Made by a program: the position numbers and the translations under genes
Notes under the pieces: generated by a model
Database searches by the model: none
Told to the model about the DNA's origin: nothing
Seen by the model: the letters and a program-made list of their open reading frames with translations, nothing else
Shown here: in pieces, positions 1-13,216 of the stretch
Numbering within the stretch: the first letter of the stretch is position 1
Layout: the number at the start of each line of letters is the position of its first letter
Assembly: GCF_023055435.1 (NCBI RefSeq)
Contig: NW_025963857.1
Span: 1,116,001 to 1,180,000 of the forward strand
Source of the DNA: Haliotis rufescens
Lineage: Eukaryota
Direction: 5' to 3'
Length of the DNA: 64,000 bases

Positions 1-1080
1 ATATAACTTTCACCGCTCGTTTGCCTTTCACTCTTAATGGAATCTGTTTCGGAGACTTGTAACCTATGGCACCGAGAACAATGGGGAGTCGGACAACTTG
101 GTACTTACAAGCGAGGTCCGCATATTTGCCGTGCTTTTCCTGACTCTTGTCAATCACATCAGTGTCAAAAGGGAGAGATAATTCAATGATATATCTGATT
201 TTATTGGATTTATGAAAAAGGACAAGATCAGGTTTTTTGGTCTGGATACGTCAGAGGATGTATACGGGCCTAATCCAAAGAATTTTGTGTTTATCATTTT
301 CCATGACGCCCTGAACATATTCGGGGTCGTACCATGGATGGACCTCTGTGTCAATACCACAAGCATGGCGAAGACGGTAATATAATGATCGAGCCACTCC
401 ATCATGTTGCTTTAGATATCCACTGCCAGCCGACTTCATCCAAGCGAAGGACTCCCCGGGTTGCTGATCTTTTCAACACACTTCACATAAACTCGATGCA
501 GAGGTCGTTCAGATTGTCTCTCCCTGAAAAAATGAGACTGGGCCGATTTGATATAGCACTTCGCTTGGTTGACACACGTATCTGTACCATCCAGCAGAAC
601 AGAACTAACGACAAATCAACATTGTCATTAAGATTATGTCCCTCCTCCTGTGCCCCCGTGGAATGCCTTGTTTGTATCATGAGTCTTGACATGCTTCACA
701 AGAGGATCATCAGACAAATAGATGTGTGCAAAAGTATATTGTTTCATGCTGTGATCTTGGGGATGTCTTCCGATGGCATTATCCCCTGCAGCAATGTTTC
801 AGTCCACGGTTCCTTCATCAAATCCAGTACGCTGTGAAGCTATGTAATTGTGGTCTCCTTCTATTCATCTGTAAAATGACCTACTCGTTTGAGCCAAAAT
901 CAATTTAAAGTGTATCTCACGGGCGAGCCAGCTATCATGGCACTCTTGGGGGGATTTCATAAAACATTCATCTTGCATGAATTTACAGTAAAAGACAAAA
1001 CACAGAATGTCTTGCCGCTCCTTGAATCTTAGGCCACACTGGAGCGAATATATTTCACGTACATGATAGCCCATTGATTT
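1..1080 (-). mobile_element. Decayed non-LTR retrotransposon 3' portion with restriction-like endonuclease (R2/R4/NeSL-type)
   Basis: Minus-strand frames, broken by frameshifts, give QHDGVARSLYYRL...WYDPEYVQGVMENDKHKILW, then KPDLVLFHK...IIELSLPFDTDVIDKSQEKHGKYADLA...PIVLGAIG. This matches the RHD / PD..(D/E) / EK..KY..L motifs of RLE-type elements. The right boundary is approximate. Confidence 0.75.
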
Positions 1081-1639
1081 TGTTATTATGCTTTCACGTT
1101 ACGTAGATTACCGTATTTAATTACAGCTCAGGATATGCATCACAGTCGTACATCTGGTGGAATAAGAATATCTTCCGCGGAGTTCTTATAAATCTATTGT
1201 TTCAGTCTACAAAAATTGCACCTGTGTCCCAAGCACAGTCTGGGTTTCTGTACTAAAAGGGTGACTTTACTATTCTGTGTGGTGCTCATTTTCAGCATAT
1301 ATGTACACTGTCTCCATGTGTAACCTTAACAATAAAGTTCATTGACAAGCAAAGTGGTATTTGAACCATTTAGATACTTAGTTTCTTATTTGATCAGCAA
1401 CTGATCAAATTTGGATTTGTTTGACAGTTGTTTTCCCTGGTCCATAACCTAATCCCTACCACAACCCTTACTCCTGATTACATAGACTAAGCCTGTGACC
1501 AGGTATATCTAATTAGAAGCGACAAAACCCTTTCCCTATTCATATGTGTCAGAAGCAGAGTCGACTGTACGATTCCGACTATATCATGAACATGCGTTTA
1601 TGGATCACTATCAGCTAGTGATGACACCAGGTGTTCGTG

Positions 1640-1830
1640 AAAAGGTGAGCGTATCCTGCCCCACCGGGGGCACCCTTCACAAACACATGTAAAGGCAAGT
1701 CAATTGTTCACCTAACAACACACGGGAACATATGGCACAAGTCAAAATAGGGAATTGCTGTCATCATATTGTCAACATCATAGTTGTCACTGATACTTCA
1801 AATTTGGAATGTCCTCCACATGTCTGTCAT
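1640..1830 (-). mobile_element. Short fragment of the same repeat family as the 3' end of the Penelope-like element at ~56.9-57.1 kb
   Basis: aaaggcaagtcaattgttcacctaacaacacgggaacat...tcaaatttggaatgtcct aligns with 56973-57085 (aaaggcaagtcaattgttcacataacaaacacgggaacat...tcaaatttggaaatgtcct). Confidence 0.55.
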
Positions 1831-2589
1831 AACACTTTTTGTGGACAGTTATATTCCAAAACTCAACCTGCCTTGTTCCGTATGACACCTGCATGAGGTT
1901 GTCCTGGCGATGTTGTGACACAGTCAACTTATGTTTGAATTCAGTACGAAAACCCGCACATGATGCAGCGGAATGTTGTAAATATTTAAAGCAAAAAAAA
2001 CCCCATAAAACATAAAACTAGAGAAATAGTCCCACTTCATGTTGTTGTCCTGATGGGAAATCAAAAACTCTTGTTCTCAAGATTAGAACGATAAACGGTT
2101 GTGCATGAAATTAGTGTGGGCAGCAGTATCAAATCACGTAGGCATGTAATCAATGTTTAATGTCCAAATGTATCGTAGGAAATGCCATGAACTGATTCCC
2201 ATTTAAAGAACGTTGGGTTAATGCTCTGACGCCATGACTGAGAATTAAGAACACTAAAGAATCTATTTTGGTTTTCAATATAAATAGGCAAGATAATTAT
2301 CATTAATTATTACACACGGGTTCAATATGGACAGCAATTAGTGGCCCCAGTGTACAGAGGCAAACTGATTAGAAAGGGCATAAGACTCCATTCCCTTCCT
2401 CATTTACACATTAACGGTAAATGTTTAAATATTGGTGACAAGATATCGTCCATGTGCCAACATGATTCTATGAAACTGTCGCTTAAATACATGTATAATG
2501 TGTATATTCCATGATAGCTTCGCCCTGACGGTGTTGCAATACCTGTAAATGTATACTAGTATTACATATTATATTTATATTATTTTCAG

Positions 2590-3958
2590 TTTCACTTCCG
2601 GTGCGCTAGTCCCGACCCTGGCATCGTGAGGATGAACACATCCTTCGTGAGGCTGGTCCTCAAACACAATAACAGAACAAACTTCCATTTCAAGATAACA
2701 TTCACGGCTCGGAAGCCTGGTAGGTTTTGACGTCACCTGTTATCACAAACACTTCATCATCTGCCAAACAAACATATAAACGCGGGTCTCAAGGACGAAT
2801 CGATACAATATTTGTAAATGAAATCCGTAGTGGCATGATTACCTTGCCGCGGATTACATCCTGTTTCAGCAAATTGGGCAATTATCTAAATGCTGCCTAC
2901 AGTCATAGAAAGGGTCAGACTTATAACCCCCAAAGCATATTTTCATGGCTATTTATATAGCTTTATTCTTTTGAAGGGTCGTAATTATTTAAAATCGTGA
3001 TTCACTTTAATCATTTCCAAGGTTTTTATTAAACTGTTGACGTCTTGCTTTACTGAACATGTTCACATCCCCCACAAGTGTGGTGCCGATGTTAAGGAGA
3101 TCAACACTGGCTAGGTGCCCGCTCTGCAAGTAATTGCAGTACTTGCGTGTCCGTTTGATATTTGCACTTAGAATCTGTTCCACCTGAGATGGTAATGATT
3201 AAAGCAATGCATTTGTCAAACTCCATCTTCTCCTTCCACTCCACCTAACAGGTCTTAAGTTAATTGCTGACTGATTTCAAACATATTTTTTTCAGCTCAT
3301 AAATGTGATGACTTTTTGTGCCAGAACAAGTATTGCATATCAAAGGATTTACTATGTGATGGGACAAATAATTGTTTTGATCGCTCCGATGAGTCAGAGA
3401 ATTCAACTGCTTATTGTATAAGTAAGTATGCTGATTGAGTTTGTGCCATGATATTGATCGTTCTGCTCTGTAAATAGTTCATCAGTCTGTGTATCCATCT
3501 TTCTAATAATGCATATCTTTGTCTGTGATCTAACCGGGGAGGTTCAAGATGCGAGGATTTAGAATATGAATTGCAGTCATGGTACAGAATGAGAAATAAT
3601 CATCTCTTCCTGAAACCGAAACCGACCCTTAGCCATTCTCAATTTATCGGAACAAGTGTAGAGCCATGGAAAATTTAAAGACAAGTTCAGATGTAAACAC
3701 TTCCTACGTATACTATTTACTTTACTAAGTACATATGCTAGTATTGCACAGGTTTTAAGGACTTCCAATTGGATTACTTTTCAGAATACGATCCCTTTCC
3801 GGGTGAAAACTTTGCAGTACTCATATCAGTTGTTGGGGGCAGTATTGTCATGGGTATCATTGCCTTTTGTTGTCGAATGCTGAGGCGGCGGAGACAGCAA
3901 CACTATCTGGAGGAAGATATGGATGATTTTGCAAATGGACCTTATGTAAAAAAATATG
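2590..3958 (+). CDS. Internal exons of a CUB-LDLa-single-pass transmembrane protein (NETO/LRP12/MIG-13-like architecture); exons 2590-2719, 3296-3421, 3785-3958
   Basis: AG/GT-bounded exons joined by phase-1 introns splice to FHFRCASPDPGIVRMNTSFVRLVLKHNNRTNFHFKITFTARKP (CUB-like C-terminal strands), AHKCDDFLCQNKYCISKDLLCDGTNNCFDRSDESENSTAYCI (6-Cys LDLa with D-x-SDE), and KYDPFPGENFAVLISVVGGSIVMGIIAFCCRMLRRRRQ (TM helix plus basic stop-transfer). The 5' exons were not identified. Confidence 0.82.
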
Positions 3959-4783
3959 GTGAGAACCTACGATTCGATTATAAATATAACAGTATACATG
4001 AAGTTGATCTCATATGCTTTGATGTCAAATTTGAAGCAATGTTTCAGATAAAGTCTGATATGTCAGTAGTCCTCGATCCGTGATCAAGTACCGCATTGAC
4101 TATTCCATGATGAATCATGAAACATAAGATTGTTACGATATTGATTCGGTGAAGTTGGATAAAAGAAATGATCAGTGATTGGTAAATTAAAACTAATGAG
4201 GTATCTGTAATAGTTTTATTTGTGTTCATTGTTATGTAGTTTAATTGTTAAATACCGTAGCGTATATGCACATCTCTATATGACACAGTGTGTTACTTTT
4301 CTAGAGCTCTTATTTCCTGTAAATATGTTTTGTTACATTTTCGCAGAAAACGCCTCATTCTTGTCTATGTGTTTTTGCAAATAGTTCTTTTTCCTTCTCC
4401 TAAAATACTTTGTTAGTCATTTTCCTTGACAATGCACACTATTCTCACTTCCTAAAACACAAGTTCCTACCCCAATACTTCTTGCATACATCCTCATCAC
4501 TGTCACCCCACGCACTTTCTCAACACGTGTGTTTCTCTCACACAAACCATCGAAAACAACCTCAGAATGCCTCTGATCCCCAGACTATTTCTTTGGAACA
4601 CTTTAGAACACCTTCCTTTTATCCTCTGATAAACAGTCTTCACTTTATACTTGATTATAGAATGGACCTTTATAGCTCTGGAACTATAGTCTGGGGGACT
4701 CTCTATAGGCATTGGATTGTGCTCTCACGAACAACGAATTACCACATCACAATATAATATCGTGCAGTATATGTCCACTCGTA

Positions 4784-6013
4784 CGAGGGGTGGCTACAAA
4801 GATCTGAGGCAGCATATTTCTGAATATTTCTGCAGGCATCAAATAGTCTCGGTATTCTCTGCTGATGAAAAGTGTGTAACTGCACTGTTATCAAAGATCT
4901 CCATCTGAAAGGGCTAACTTCAACAGCCATCCATGCGCACATTGTGTGAACTTTAAGGGATGCTGATTCTTCCTTTGCCACTGTTAAATGGTAGGCAGCG
5001 GAGATAAAGGCGGGAACAGAGAGCTTTGCAAATAATCCAAGATCAGGAATACTTCAACTGCCATAGCTAATGAAAGTGTTGAAAAAATCCATGATGTGGT
5101 TATGGAGGATCGAGGAATAACCACACGCCACATAGCCAAAACGGTAGGCATCTCCGATGAGAGAGTTGAGAACATTCTGGGGAAGAAACTGGGCATGACA
5201 AAGGTTTCTGCACACTGGGTTCCAAGGCTTCTGACTCCTGATCAGAAACACTCCAGGTTCATCTTCGTTCATGATTTGCGTCGTTTGGAAGCAGACCCTG
5301 CAGTACACACGGATGGGTCTTGGGTTCGCCACAACAGCAAGAAAACGAACAACAGTCAAAGTCTCCCCCTCTGTGCCTAGTGGTTAAATTGTTCGTCGTC
5401 ACGAGGGTTCGATTCCTCACATGGGTACAATGTGTGAAGCCCATTTGTGTCGTCCCCCGCCGTGATATATGCGAGGAGAAGTAAAACCATACTCACTCAA
5501 TCTTTCACTCTTTTCCTTCAAAGCAGGCAAAGCCTGTTCAATCAGCTAGGAAGGTGGCGGCTTCGGTTTTCAAAGGAATCCTTCTGATGGACTACCGCCC
5601 AAAAGGTCAGACCTTTAATGGCTGATATTATGCAAATCTGCGTGACAATATCGAAGCTAAACGCGCGTAAACAACTCACGAATACCCATGTGCACACATC
5701 TGTTGTTGCAATAGTTGCAATGAATGACTGTGGCTTTGAACTCATTGAAGATCCTCCGCACAGTCAGATCACAGCCTCTTCCCAAACGTTAAGAAAAATA
5801 TGTCCGGCGAGAATTATGCAAATGTCGTCATATTTCCTCTTGGGGACTTTTTACACCACCAAGGGGAGGTCTTCTACACAAGCGGGATCCAGACACTCCG
5901 TTGTCGTTGGTAGAAGCGTGTGGACGACGAAGGGGATTATGTTGAAAACTGGCAACCAACTCGACCAACGCCGTCCGTCACACTTAAACTCAGAACTTTC
6001 CAGCCACCCCTCA
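4784..6013 (+). mobile_element. Decayed mariner (Tc1/mariner) DNA transposon
   Basis: ~25-bp TIRs cgaggggtggctacaaagatctgag / ctcagaactttccagccacccctca flanked by TA at 4782-83 and 6014-15. Transposase remnants DRGITTRHIAKTVGISDERVENILGKKLGMTKVSAHWVPRLLT (HTH plus WVPHEL-like motif) and IEDPPHS (YSPDL region), with many stops and frameshifts. Confidence 0.9.
5370..5500 (+). mobile_element. Degenerate tRNA-derived SINE inserted in the mariner
   Basis: ggttcgattcc B-box, core catgggtacaatgtgtgaagcccattt shared with 13527-13696, and an actcactc tail. Confidence 0.7.
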
Positions 6014-6124
6014 TATTCATATCGACCCTTTGGAGGTACACTGTCATTTTCTTACACACCGAGTGCTGCAATCTCCTGTTACCTTGATTCGTAAATTCGT
6101 GATTCTTCTCCAAAATTCCAATGT

Positions 6125-6465
6125 GTTTCTACCTTCTCCAAAACTACCGCCTTCTGCACATCTACCTTCGCTCCAGCAATGCCCTATATATAAACGTTCT
6201 ACCTTCTCCAAAACTACCGCCTTTTATATCAACCTTCACATTAGCAATGCCCAATAGATAAAGATTATATCTGCTTCCAAAATACCACCTGCTACATATC
6301 TGCCTTCGCTTCAGCAATGCCCAATATATAAAAATTATATGTGCTCCCAAAATACCAAATTCTGCACATCTTTACTCGCTTCAGCAATGTCCAATAGATC
6401 AAATATATATCTGCTTCCCAAATACCACCTGCTGCATATCTACCTTTGCTTCAGCAATGTCCTAC
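6125..6465. repeat. Degenerate tandem repeat, ~62-bp unit, ~5 copies
   Basis: Recurrent ctgcttccaaaataccacctgctacatatctgccttcgcttcagcaatgcccaatatata-like units. Confidence 0.8.
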
Positions 6466-7481
6466 AGGCAACAGTGCTGGTTTGCTCACGACTACCCTCT
6501 ACCTACCTTCCGCTTCAGCAATTCGCAACAGGTCAAGGTCCTTCCGACCGTATGGTCAAGTCTCTCCCTGCATAGCCCATCAGCAATGAGCTGTTGATAA
6601 CTGTCTTCCCTCAATAACAGGAGCTGTCTGTTTGCTTCACTATTACCGTTCACATATACCCTTCACTATTACCGCCCAAACACCGTCTCTGCTTCACTCA
6701 TACCCTAAAGGTAGTAGTGTTACCCATCCCTGAAAGCACTGTTAACAATCTTGACCTCTTGTCTGGCCATACACCTCTTCTCTCTCTCTCTCTCTCTCTC
6801 TGAATAGTAATCGCCGCTAATACTCCTGATGACAATAGTTGCTGCAACTACAACCTGAACGTATATTTCAGCGTATATGTATGCTGTTATACGACCTCAG
6901 CAACGTACACGGAGGAATCAACATCGATCTCGGTCCAAACTGAGACACGTTGACCATTCTGGTGAGAGCAGACCATTGATAATGCAGACTTGCCTTCGTG
7001 TATAATATTCAAACAGACTGAGATACAAATTACCGTCTTTATCATCAAATTATGACTATGATATATAATAACTAAATTAGGCGTATAGTGTCTAGAATGA
7101 AAGAAAAACACGCAAAACCTGGTAGAGTCAGTGTAATATAATTTATTCTGTATATACGATTATATGCATTCACAAATAGGAACTATCACATTCACAACAA
7201 CCAATATATAAAACATTCATAATATACATAGTTTTATCTGATAGCGTTTTTGTTACTTTTGTTTTTCATTTGATACATATCTCATAACCTTTAACATCGA
7301 AAATATTATCGAAAAATGTATCTCTTCTACATTAAAATGCATGGCCTCTGAATCAGACGATGCCTACCTGTTGTCCGCTATGTTTGCAAGATATGATCAT
7401 GATACGCATCAGCAGATTCTATCGTTGCAGATAACTTTGCTTTTTTGCGCTGCGTCTCATAAACAATAACTTTTCTTGCAG

Positions 7482-7501
7482 TTGATGAGCCGGAGTTTTG
7501 A
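7482..7501 (+). CDS. Possible terminal coding exon of the CUB-LDLa-TM gene (VDEPEF*)
   Basis: Good acceptor (ttttcttgcag) and a phase-1-compatible frame ending in TGA. It is too short to confirm from sequence alone. Confidence 0.25.
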
Positions 7502-8428
7502 CGCCAGTGCATATCCACCTCTGCCAAATGGCTTGGCGTTTCTAGGAGAACTATTAAAGTCGTCTTGCCTTATTTGTGATCTACCTCGAATTCCAAGGAA
7601 GGAGCATTACGCTTTCTTATTCACATTTCCACACTTTCCATGACGGGCAACACTGTTTCGCTCATCTAAATTATTACCGTGGTTCATATAAGTTGGTTCA
7701 TTGTGATGCTCGGGTGCAGTCATTTCGAAATGCGATGAAGAAATTATAACGAGACTAACTTGCATTTGTTTTTTCATCGTTTTTAAAGAGCATGAAATAT
7801 GTAGATTCTCTCCTTCAAGTGGCTGTAGATGAGGACAGAAACATATTTACCGGAACTTTAACAAAGTAATACTTTTACCAACCGGCAATAATGTATAGCG
7901 TGTGTACTTCAATACATACTTTGCATAGGTATACGTTACAACCAATTGTCCTGTGTTTTGTATAGCATTAAGTCTTAAACAAACTTTAGAAAACTTGCAC
8001 AGTGTTGTATAAATATATGTGGTTCACTGGAAAATCGAAAAGCAGAAATGATAATGAAGTGTTCGTTTCCCGCGTCGAGGGCACAAAAAAACGGTAGCCA
8101 CATCTTTTAGGGAAGTCCTTAATCAATGAAGCATTGCATTTTTGCAATGACACATTGGTGGCTTTAGCTGTTCATTTATTTGCTATGGATTGAATAGGTT
8201 TGATTGCTTGTGAAATATTTGAACATACGGTCACAGTGTTGAGGGGCCCACACGTGAAGGCACCAGCATGCTTGTGATATCTCACCGAGATCCTGGTCAG
8301 GCATGTCAAGGCTTTACACTGTGATGTTAATTAATGGATCATTGAAAAGTGTCTGCATAACATAGGGATTGTCTATTCGTCGAAGTAAACATGTGTTATT
8401 GTTTCATTGATGTTTGAAGGAGTTCACG

Positions 8429-8700
8429 TGTTTGATGTTTCAAACATTGCATGCGTTTGATGTTTCAAACATTGCATACGTTTGATGTTTCAAACATTTC
8501 ATGCGTTTGATGTTTCAAACATTGCATACGTTTGATGTTTCAAACATTGCATACGTTTGATGTTTCAAACAGTACATGCTTGATGTTTCAAACGTTTAAC
8601 GTGTATAATGTTTCAAACATTTCACATGTGCTATCTCTCAGATTCTTCATGATTGATGTTTGATGTATCAAACATTTCATGTTAGGTGTTTCAAACATGG
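8429..8700. repeat. 25-bp minisatellite with an internal inverted repeat
   Basis: Unit gtttgatgtttcaaacattgcatRc; ~6 good copies plus degenerate ones. GTTTGA-tgtt-TCAAAC is a dyad. Confidence 0.9.
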
Positions 8701-9499
8701 CAATTTCTATTTGAACAATGTATTTACGATAGCAGCATAATGAGACCAACTTTACTATGTATGATCATCTCCAGATTTGCTGGCTCGTTGTTTTGTGTTA
8801 ATAATCATATGGGAATCACAATCATACATATGCAGTAATAAGCTGTCAGTGAACATTTAGCGAAAAGCAATAGTTGCCTGGAAATAGGTTAAATAACACA
8901 AACAGCACAATACAACAAATATTGAACTGTGCTGGTGTCATATGGTTAGCATTTCATTTACTTGGTAATAATCTTTTGAACAAATTGAAAAAAAATATCA
9001 TATTTTGAGACACAATGGCAAAACTTTATCCACTAGCCCAAAATTTCAAAATCCGTATTTTTCTGTTTTACTTATCCTTTAAAAGTATTTGTATCATGAG
9101 GCGAAATTTGACAAGCAAGATATATCTTGTTTTCTGTAAATAAGTGAAATGAGTATAGTTTTTTATATAATTATATTCTTTGTGCATCGTTTATCATGAA
9201 GTGCAGAACTATTATATGCTCGTGTCCCAAATGTGCTAAAAGTCTCCGTTCGGTAATGTATGAGTGATATATACAGTACATTGTATAAAGCGCACTGTAA
9301 TCTATAGGCACCTACCATTAACATCCATTAATAATGGCAAGATATATGTATAACAGCTTTTATAGGCAATATTTCTCTATTTTTATATAAATAAATGCTG
9401 GTATGAAAGTGGTGAAGGAATGGTTTGGATTTGTGAACTGTCATATTGTATTGTGTTTAGCATTGTCAGACATGCCCATCGTGACACGTAATGCTATGT

Positions 9500-10020
9500 T
9501 GATCACCTTTATCAGTATGTGATAAACCATTAAACGATAGAACCTTGAAACATTGATATACCACGTTGAACCTTCGTGTAATATACATGTTGAAACAATA
9601 TTATATCATACAAACATTGATCTTTGATATACCCTTATATGATATAAACATTGAATACCTTCTGACGCTGTTACATGTTTATCATATGGCCACTGTGTTA
9701 TATCATACAGTCATTTGACATTGATATGGTTTTGTAGCATACAAGTTATCTCTGCCACAGTGATCTACATATATGATATAAACATTGAACCTTGATCATT
9801 CACAAAATGTTACATGGCAGAAATATTAATCAGTGCTGGAATGCTGTATCACCCATTCGTTGAACCTTAATACATTGTATATCATACAACATTTAAACCA
9901 TGCTACAATGTTATGTCATATAAACCGTGAACCCTGATATAGCGTTACATGATAAAAACCTCAATCATTGATATGATGTTATATCATATATACTGTTAGC
10001 ATTGATATGATGGTTTATCA
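9500..10020. repeat. Highly degenerate tandem repeat (~35-bp periodicity)
   Basis: Recurrent tgttatatcata / tgatataaacattga / ttgaacctt motifs. Confidence 0.55.
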
Positions 10021-11218
10021 ACATAATGTATGTATATATATACAAGTACACGTCAAATGCGGTTTAATCATTTTTATTTCTACTGTCGCCAAATCATATG
10101 ATCCATGTTCTAGAAATACCAACTTCCAATGCCCAATCTTGCATTAGGTTATTCGTGTGTTTAGTCTCGGTGATTCCATTAAGCTGAGGGACAACAGATG
10201 CAGCAGAAGTATTCGTGGGATTCAGGGAGATTTATCTGTCGCAGAGTACCCAGTGTGTGTGTAATACAGTAACTACGGTAACTATATATTTAGTGATGGT
10301 CATGTGAGTGTGTGATTTTGTGGTGTATGTGAATCGTGTACAAGATACGTTAGTTTGGGAATATTGTGTTCCTTATGTTATCGCAAATAAATGACGATGA
10401 GCAAAGTCACAGTGTCGAGTAATGCTTTCTCTTTCTGCCAAGATGATCAGACTGTTTACATGGAACGGAAGACAAAGCTTTATATAGTGAACTGTTTCGG
10501 CGTCAAGTCAACAGGAATGATACTGGTTTTGGTGTTGCCGCCGTGTTACAGTTGACGGTCTCAAGGGAGTAAGTTGTGGGAGTTACTACACTGGTGTTAC
10601 GTCGCTCTGAAGATATTTCAGTCGTATCACGGCGTTGACGTCATCTACATGTAACACAGTACCTCCGTTTAACTAAGCATATACAACACAATTTGCGATG
10701 ACACTGTTAGTTATGCCAGGACGCTGGAATTCCTGTTGTTGCCTGATAGATTGCAACATTGCCACCTCTCCTTTAACATATATTTTACAAAAAAACATAT
10801 CGTCACGAAAAAGAACTTTCTTCCTGGCATAAATGATGGAACTCGTGTCTTCATTTGTCCAGATGTAACCTTGGAAAAAAAGTTGTTTACTCACTGGCAT
10901 CTTCCAACACGTTGCGCGGAGCTAAATCTCCTTTGATATTTAACATTCTGCGGAATATGAGGTGTTGGTTTTATAAAAAGGACATTATTTGAATTTCCAG
11001 CATTACCAATAAGCTCATTACATGCTACTTAAGCCTAGAATTCTCAGATGTCACTGGGATCCATTAGGAAATGAGACTACAGAGTGTAACGAAATGTGAC
11101 GTGAATCGTATTGACATTGCTTTGACAATATGTTATGTTCAACACCACATGGAAGGAAATGTGTAAAATTTATACAAAGAAAATACTTATGTGAAATTAA
11201 ATATCTGATATATAATCT

Positions 11219-11475
11219 AAAGTGTATGTGTCTGGTACTTCATGAATGTCCCTGTACATCAGTAAGGAGTCAATTCGAGATATTACGTCAGGCGTGTTAA
11301 GTCGCCCTACAATGGGTCTGTACAGGACTGGTCGCTCATTGGTCAATAATTTTTAACGACCCCCGCCGTTCGAAGAGGTTATCAATCATGTGAAAGCTCG
11401 TTCCACAGTATTGCACATCTAACTCTCACTTTAGACGGCTTTTAGTAGATCAATGGACGATCAATGGACGTAAAG
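11219..11475. repeat. ~240-bp direct repeat, copy 1
   Basis: Near-identical core ctggtcgctcattggtcaata...gacccccgccgttcga.gaggttatcaatcatgtgaaagctcgttc...cttttagtaga shared with 12984-13216. Confidence 0.9.
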
Positions 11476-11989
11476 GGGAAACAAATACGTATTTGAAATA
11501 TATAGGGATGTATGACTGTAACATGTATTTAACGGAATACATCTTGCTTCCCGGCGTAACATAACCGGATATAAACAGCTAAAAATGGAGATAAACAGGA
11601 ATTAACTCATCAGGAAAAAAATTGTTCTTCGCCAACTTAATAATCAATATGAAATCACTTTTCATCGTAAACGTTTCCCTCAATACCCCAGAACTGAAAA
11701 AAAACTATTACACATATCAATTACTCCATAATGCCATTTTGAATAAATATTGACTCGCCTTGCCAGATAGATCCCAATCGCAAATAATACTTTCAAAAAT
11801 AAACCTGCGAGACGTAAATATCTCGATTCTATACTGAAACTGAATTCATTTTATCCTCGTGTCATTCAATATAAATAGAAAACACTATACAAAAATGCAC
11901 AACGATGGAGCTACGTGTACTTTTTGTCTATCTACTATGACAGTCACCCAATAAGCAAACAACCTTGCTGCAGCCCCGTGTGTATAGAT

Positions 11990-12900
11990 AAAGTCCGCTG
12001 TACATGTACGCTTTGCCGCACCAGAAGGTTACCAAGTCGGCCCTATTCACAGTTTATTGATAACAGTGTGCGCTTGCAATCTCAGGCTTCTATCCAAATA
12101 AATTCAGCTCTACTTTGCTAGAGGGTGGATGAACTGTGTAAACTTTCTCAATGTTATCGACATTCTTGACAATATCTAAGACGCCATGTGTAATATGAGT
12201 TAATATGATTGATTTTGATCACATTTCATAAATAGTTCGCTCAATCGTGTAGTGTTACAAGCGGAGATCTTGCAACAGGGATGCAGATTTAATTACAGTC
12301 CGATTCATTGAACGGTTTGGTAATTTGCTTAAAGTATTTTTAAAACGATTCGTAATGAGGAAAGTTTGTTACATTTGGCAGTAACAAACATAATGTCCGT
12401 CGTCCTGGGAAACCCGGAGCTGATAGAAATGACAGAAATAAATAATGACAGTGCATTGATTACTTTTTCGAAGAAGGATTTAGTTGTTACAAAAAGCAGG
12501 CTCCCAACTATCAACAGCCATTGAAAAGAATGTAGTTATTAAGAAGAAATAAAGTAAACAGCAGACACTGAATTGGTTACTATCCTGAAAAAAAGGACTT
12601 AATTGTTACACTAAGTGCACATCATGCTATCCCAAGAGATGAAAAGTTTATAGTTGTTAAGGTGAAATAAAAGAACAGTCAGACATCCAATGGATATATA
12701 TTTTGAAAAAAAGGGTTTATTTGTAATATGAAACATTTGTCAATGACAGTCGTGCAGTTGAGTCTGCTTATAGCAGAGATTTCTTGTGGCTTCGGAAAGG
12801 GTTGTGTCACTTTTAGTTGCACTGTGACTTAGGAATAAAAGCATTCCATGAACAAATCAATCTAGATATTTATATTAGGCACACCTAGCGAACTGTAGCA
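11990..12900 (+). pseudogene. Possible decayed ankyrin-repeat coding sequence
   Basis: Frame-broken peptides KSAVHVRFAAPEGYQVGPIHSLLITVCACNLR, NSALL/ARGWMNCVNFL, FNYSPIH, NEESLLHLAVT and NNDSALITF, plus ~118-bp degenerate repeats at 12430-12740. These resemble the TPLHxA..G ankyrin consensus. Confidence 0.3.
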
Positions 12901-12983
12901 TTAGAAAAAATTAAAAAGAGAAATATATTGTAATAACATAATTCATAGGCTTTACTCTGCTGGCTATGCCAGATACATTATTC

Positions 12984-13216
12984 AAAGTGTATGTGCCTGG
13001 TACTTATGTCAATTCGCGGTATTACGTCAACCGTATTAAGCCGCCTTAAAATGGGTGTGTGCAGGTCTGGTCGCTCATTGGTCAATATTTTTTAACGACC
13101 CCCGCCGTTCGAGGAGGTTATCAATCATGTGAAAGCTCGTTCAACAGTATTGCACATCTAACTCTCACTTTAGACGGCTTTTAGTAGACGCAGTCCCACG
13201 ATCAATGGACGTAAAG
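12984..13216. repeat. ~240-bp direct repeat, copy 2
   Basis: Aligns with 11219-11475. Confidence 0.9.

Noticed and set aside
334-837. 167-aa plus-strand ORF
   Set aside because: It is the antisense shadow of the minus-strand retrotransposon ORF and has no recognisable motif.
8429-8700. CRISPR array
   Set aside because: Linkers are under 10 bp and near-identical, there are no cas genes, and the context is eukaryotic. It is a minisatellite.
10440-10936. Minus-strand CRE (10636-10643) plus TATA (10478-10487) promoter and the nearby 75-aa ORF
   Set aside because: No downstream exon or recognisable protein could be tied to it, and such motifs are frequent by chance.
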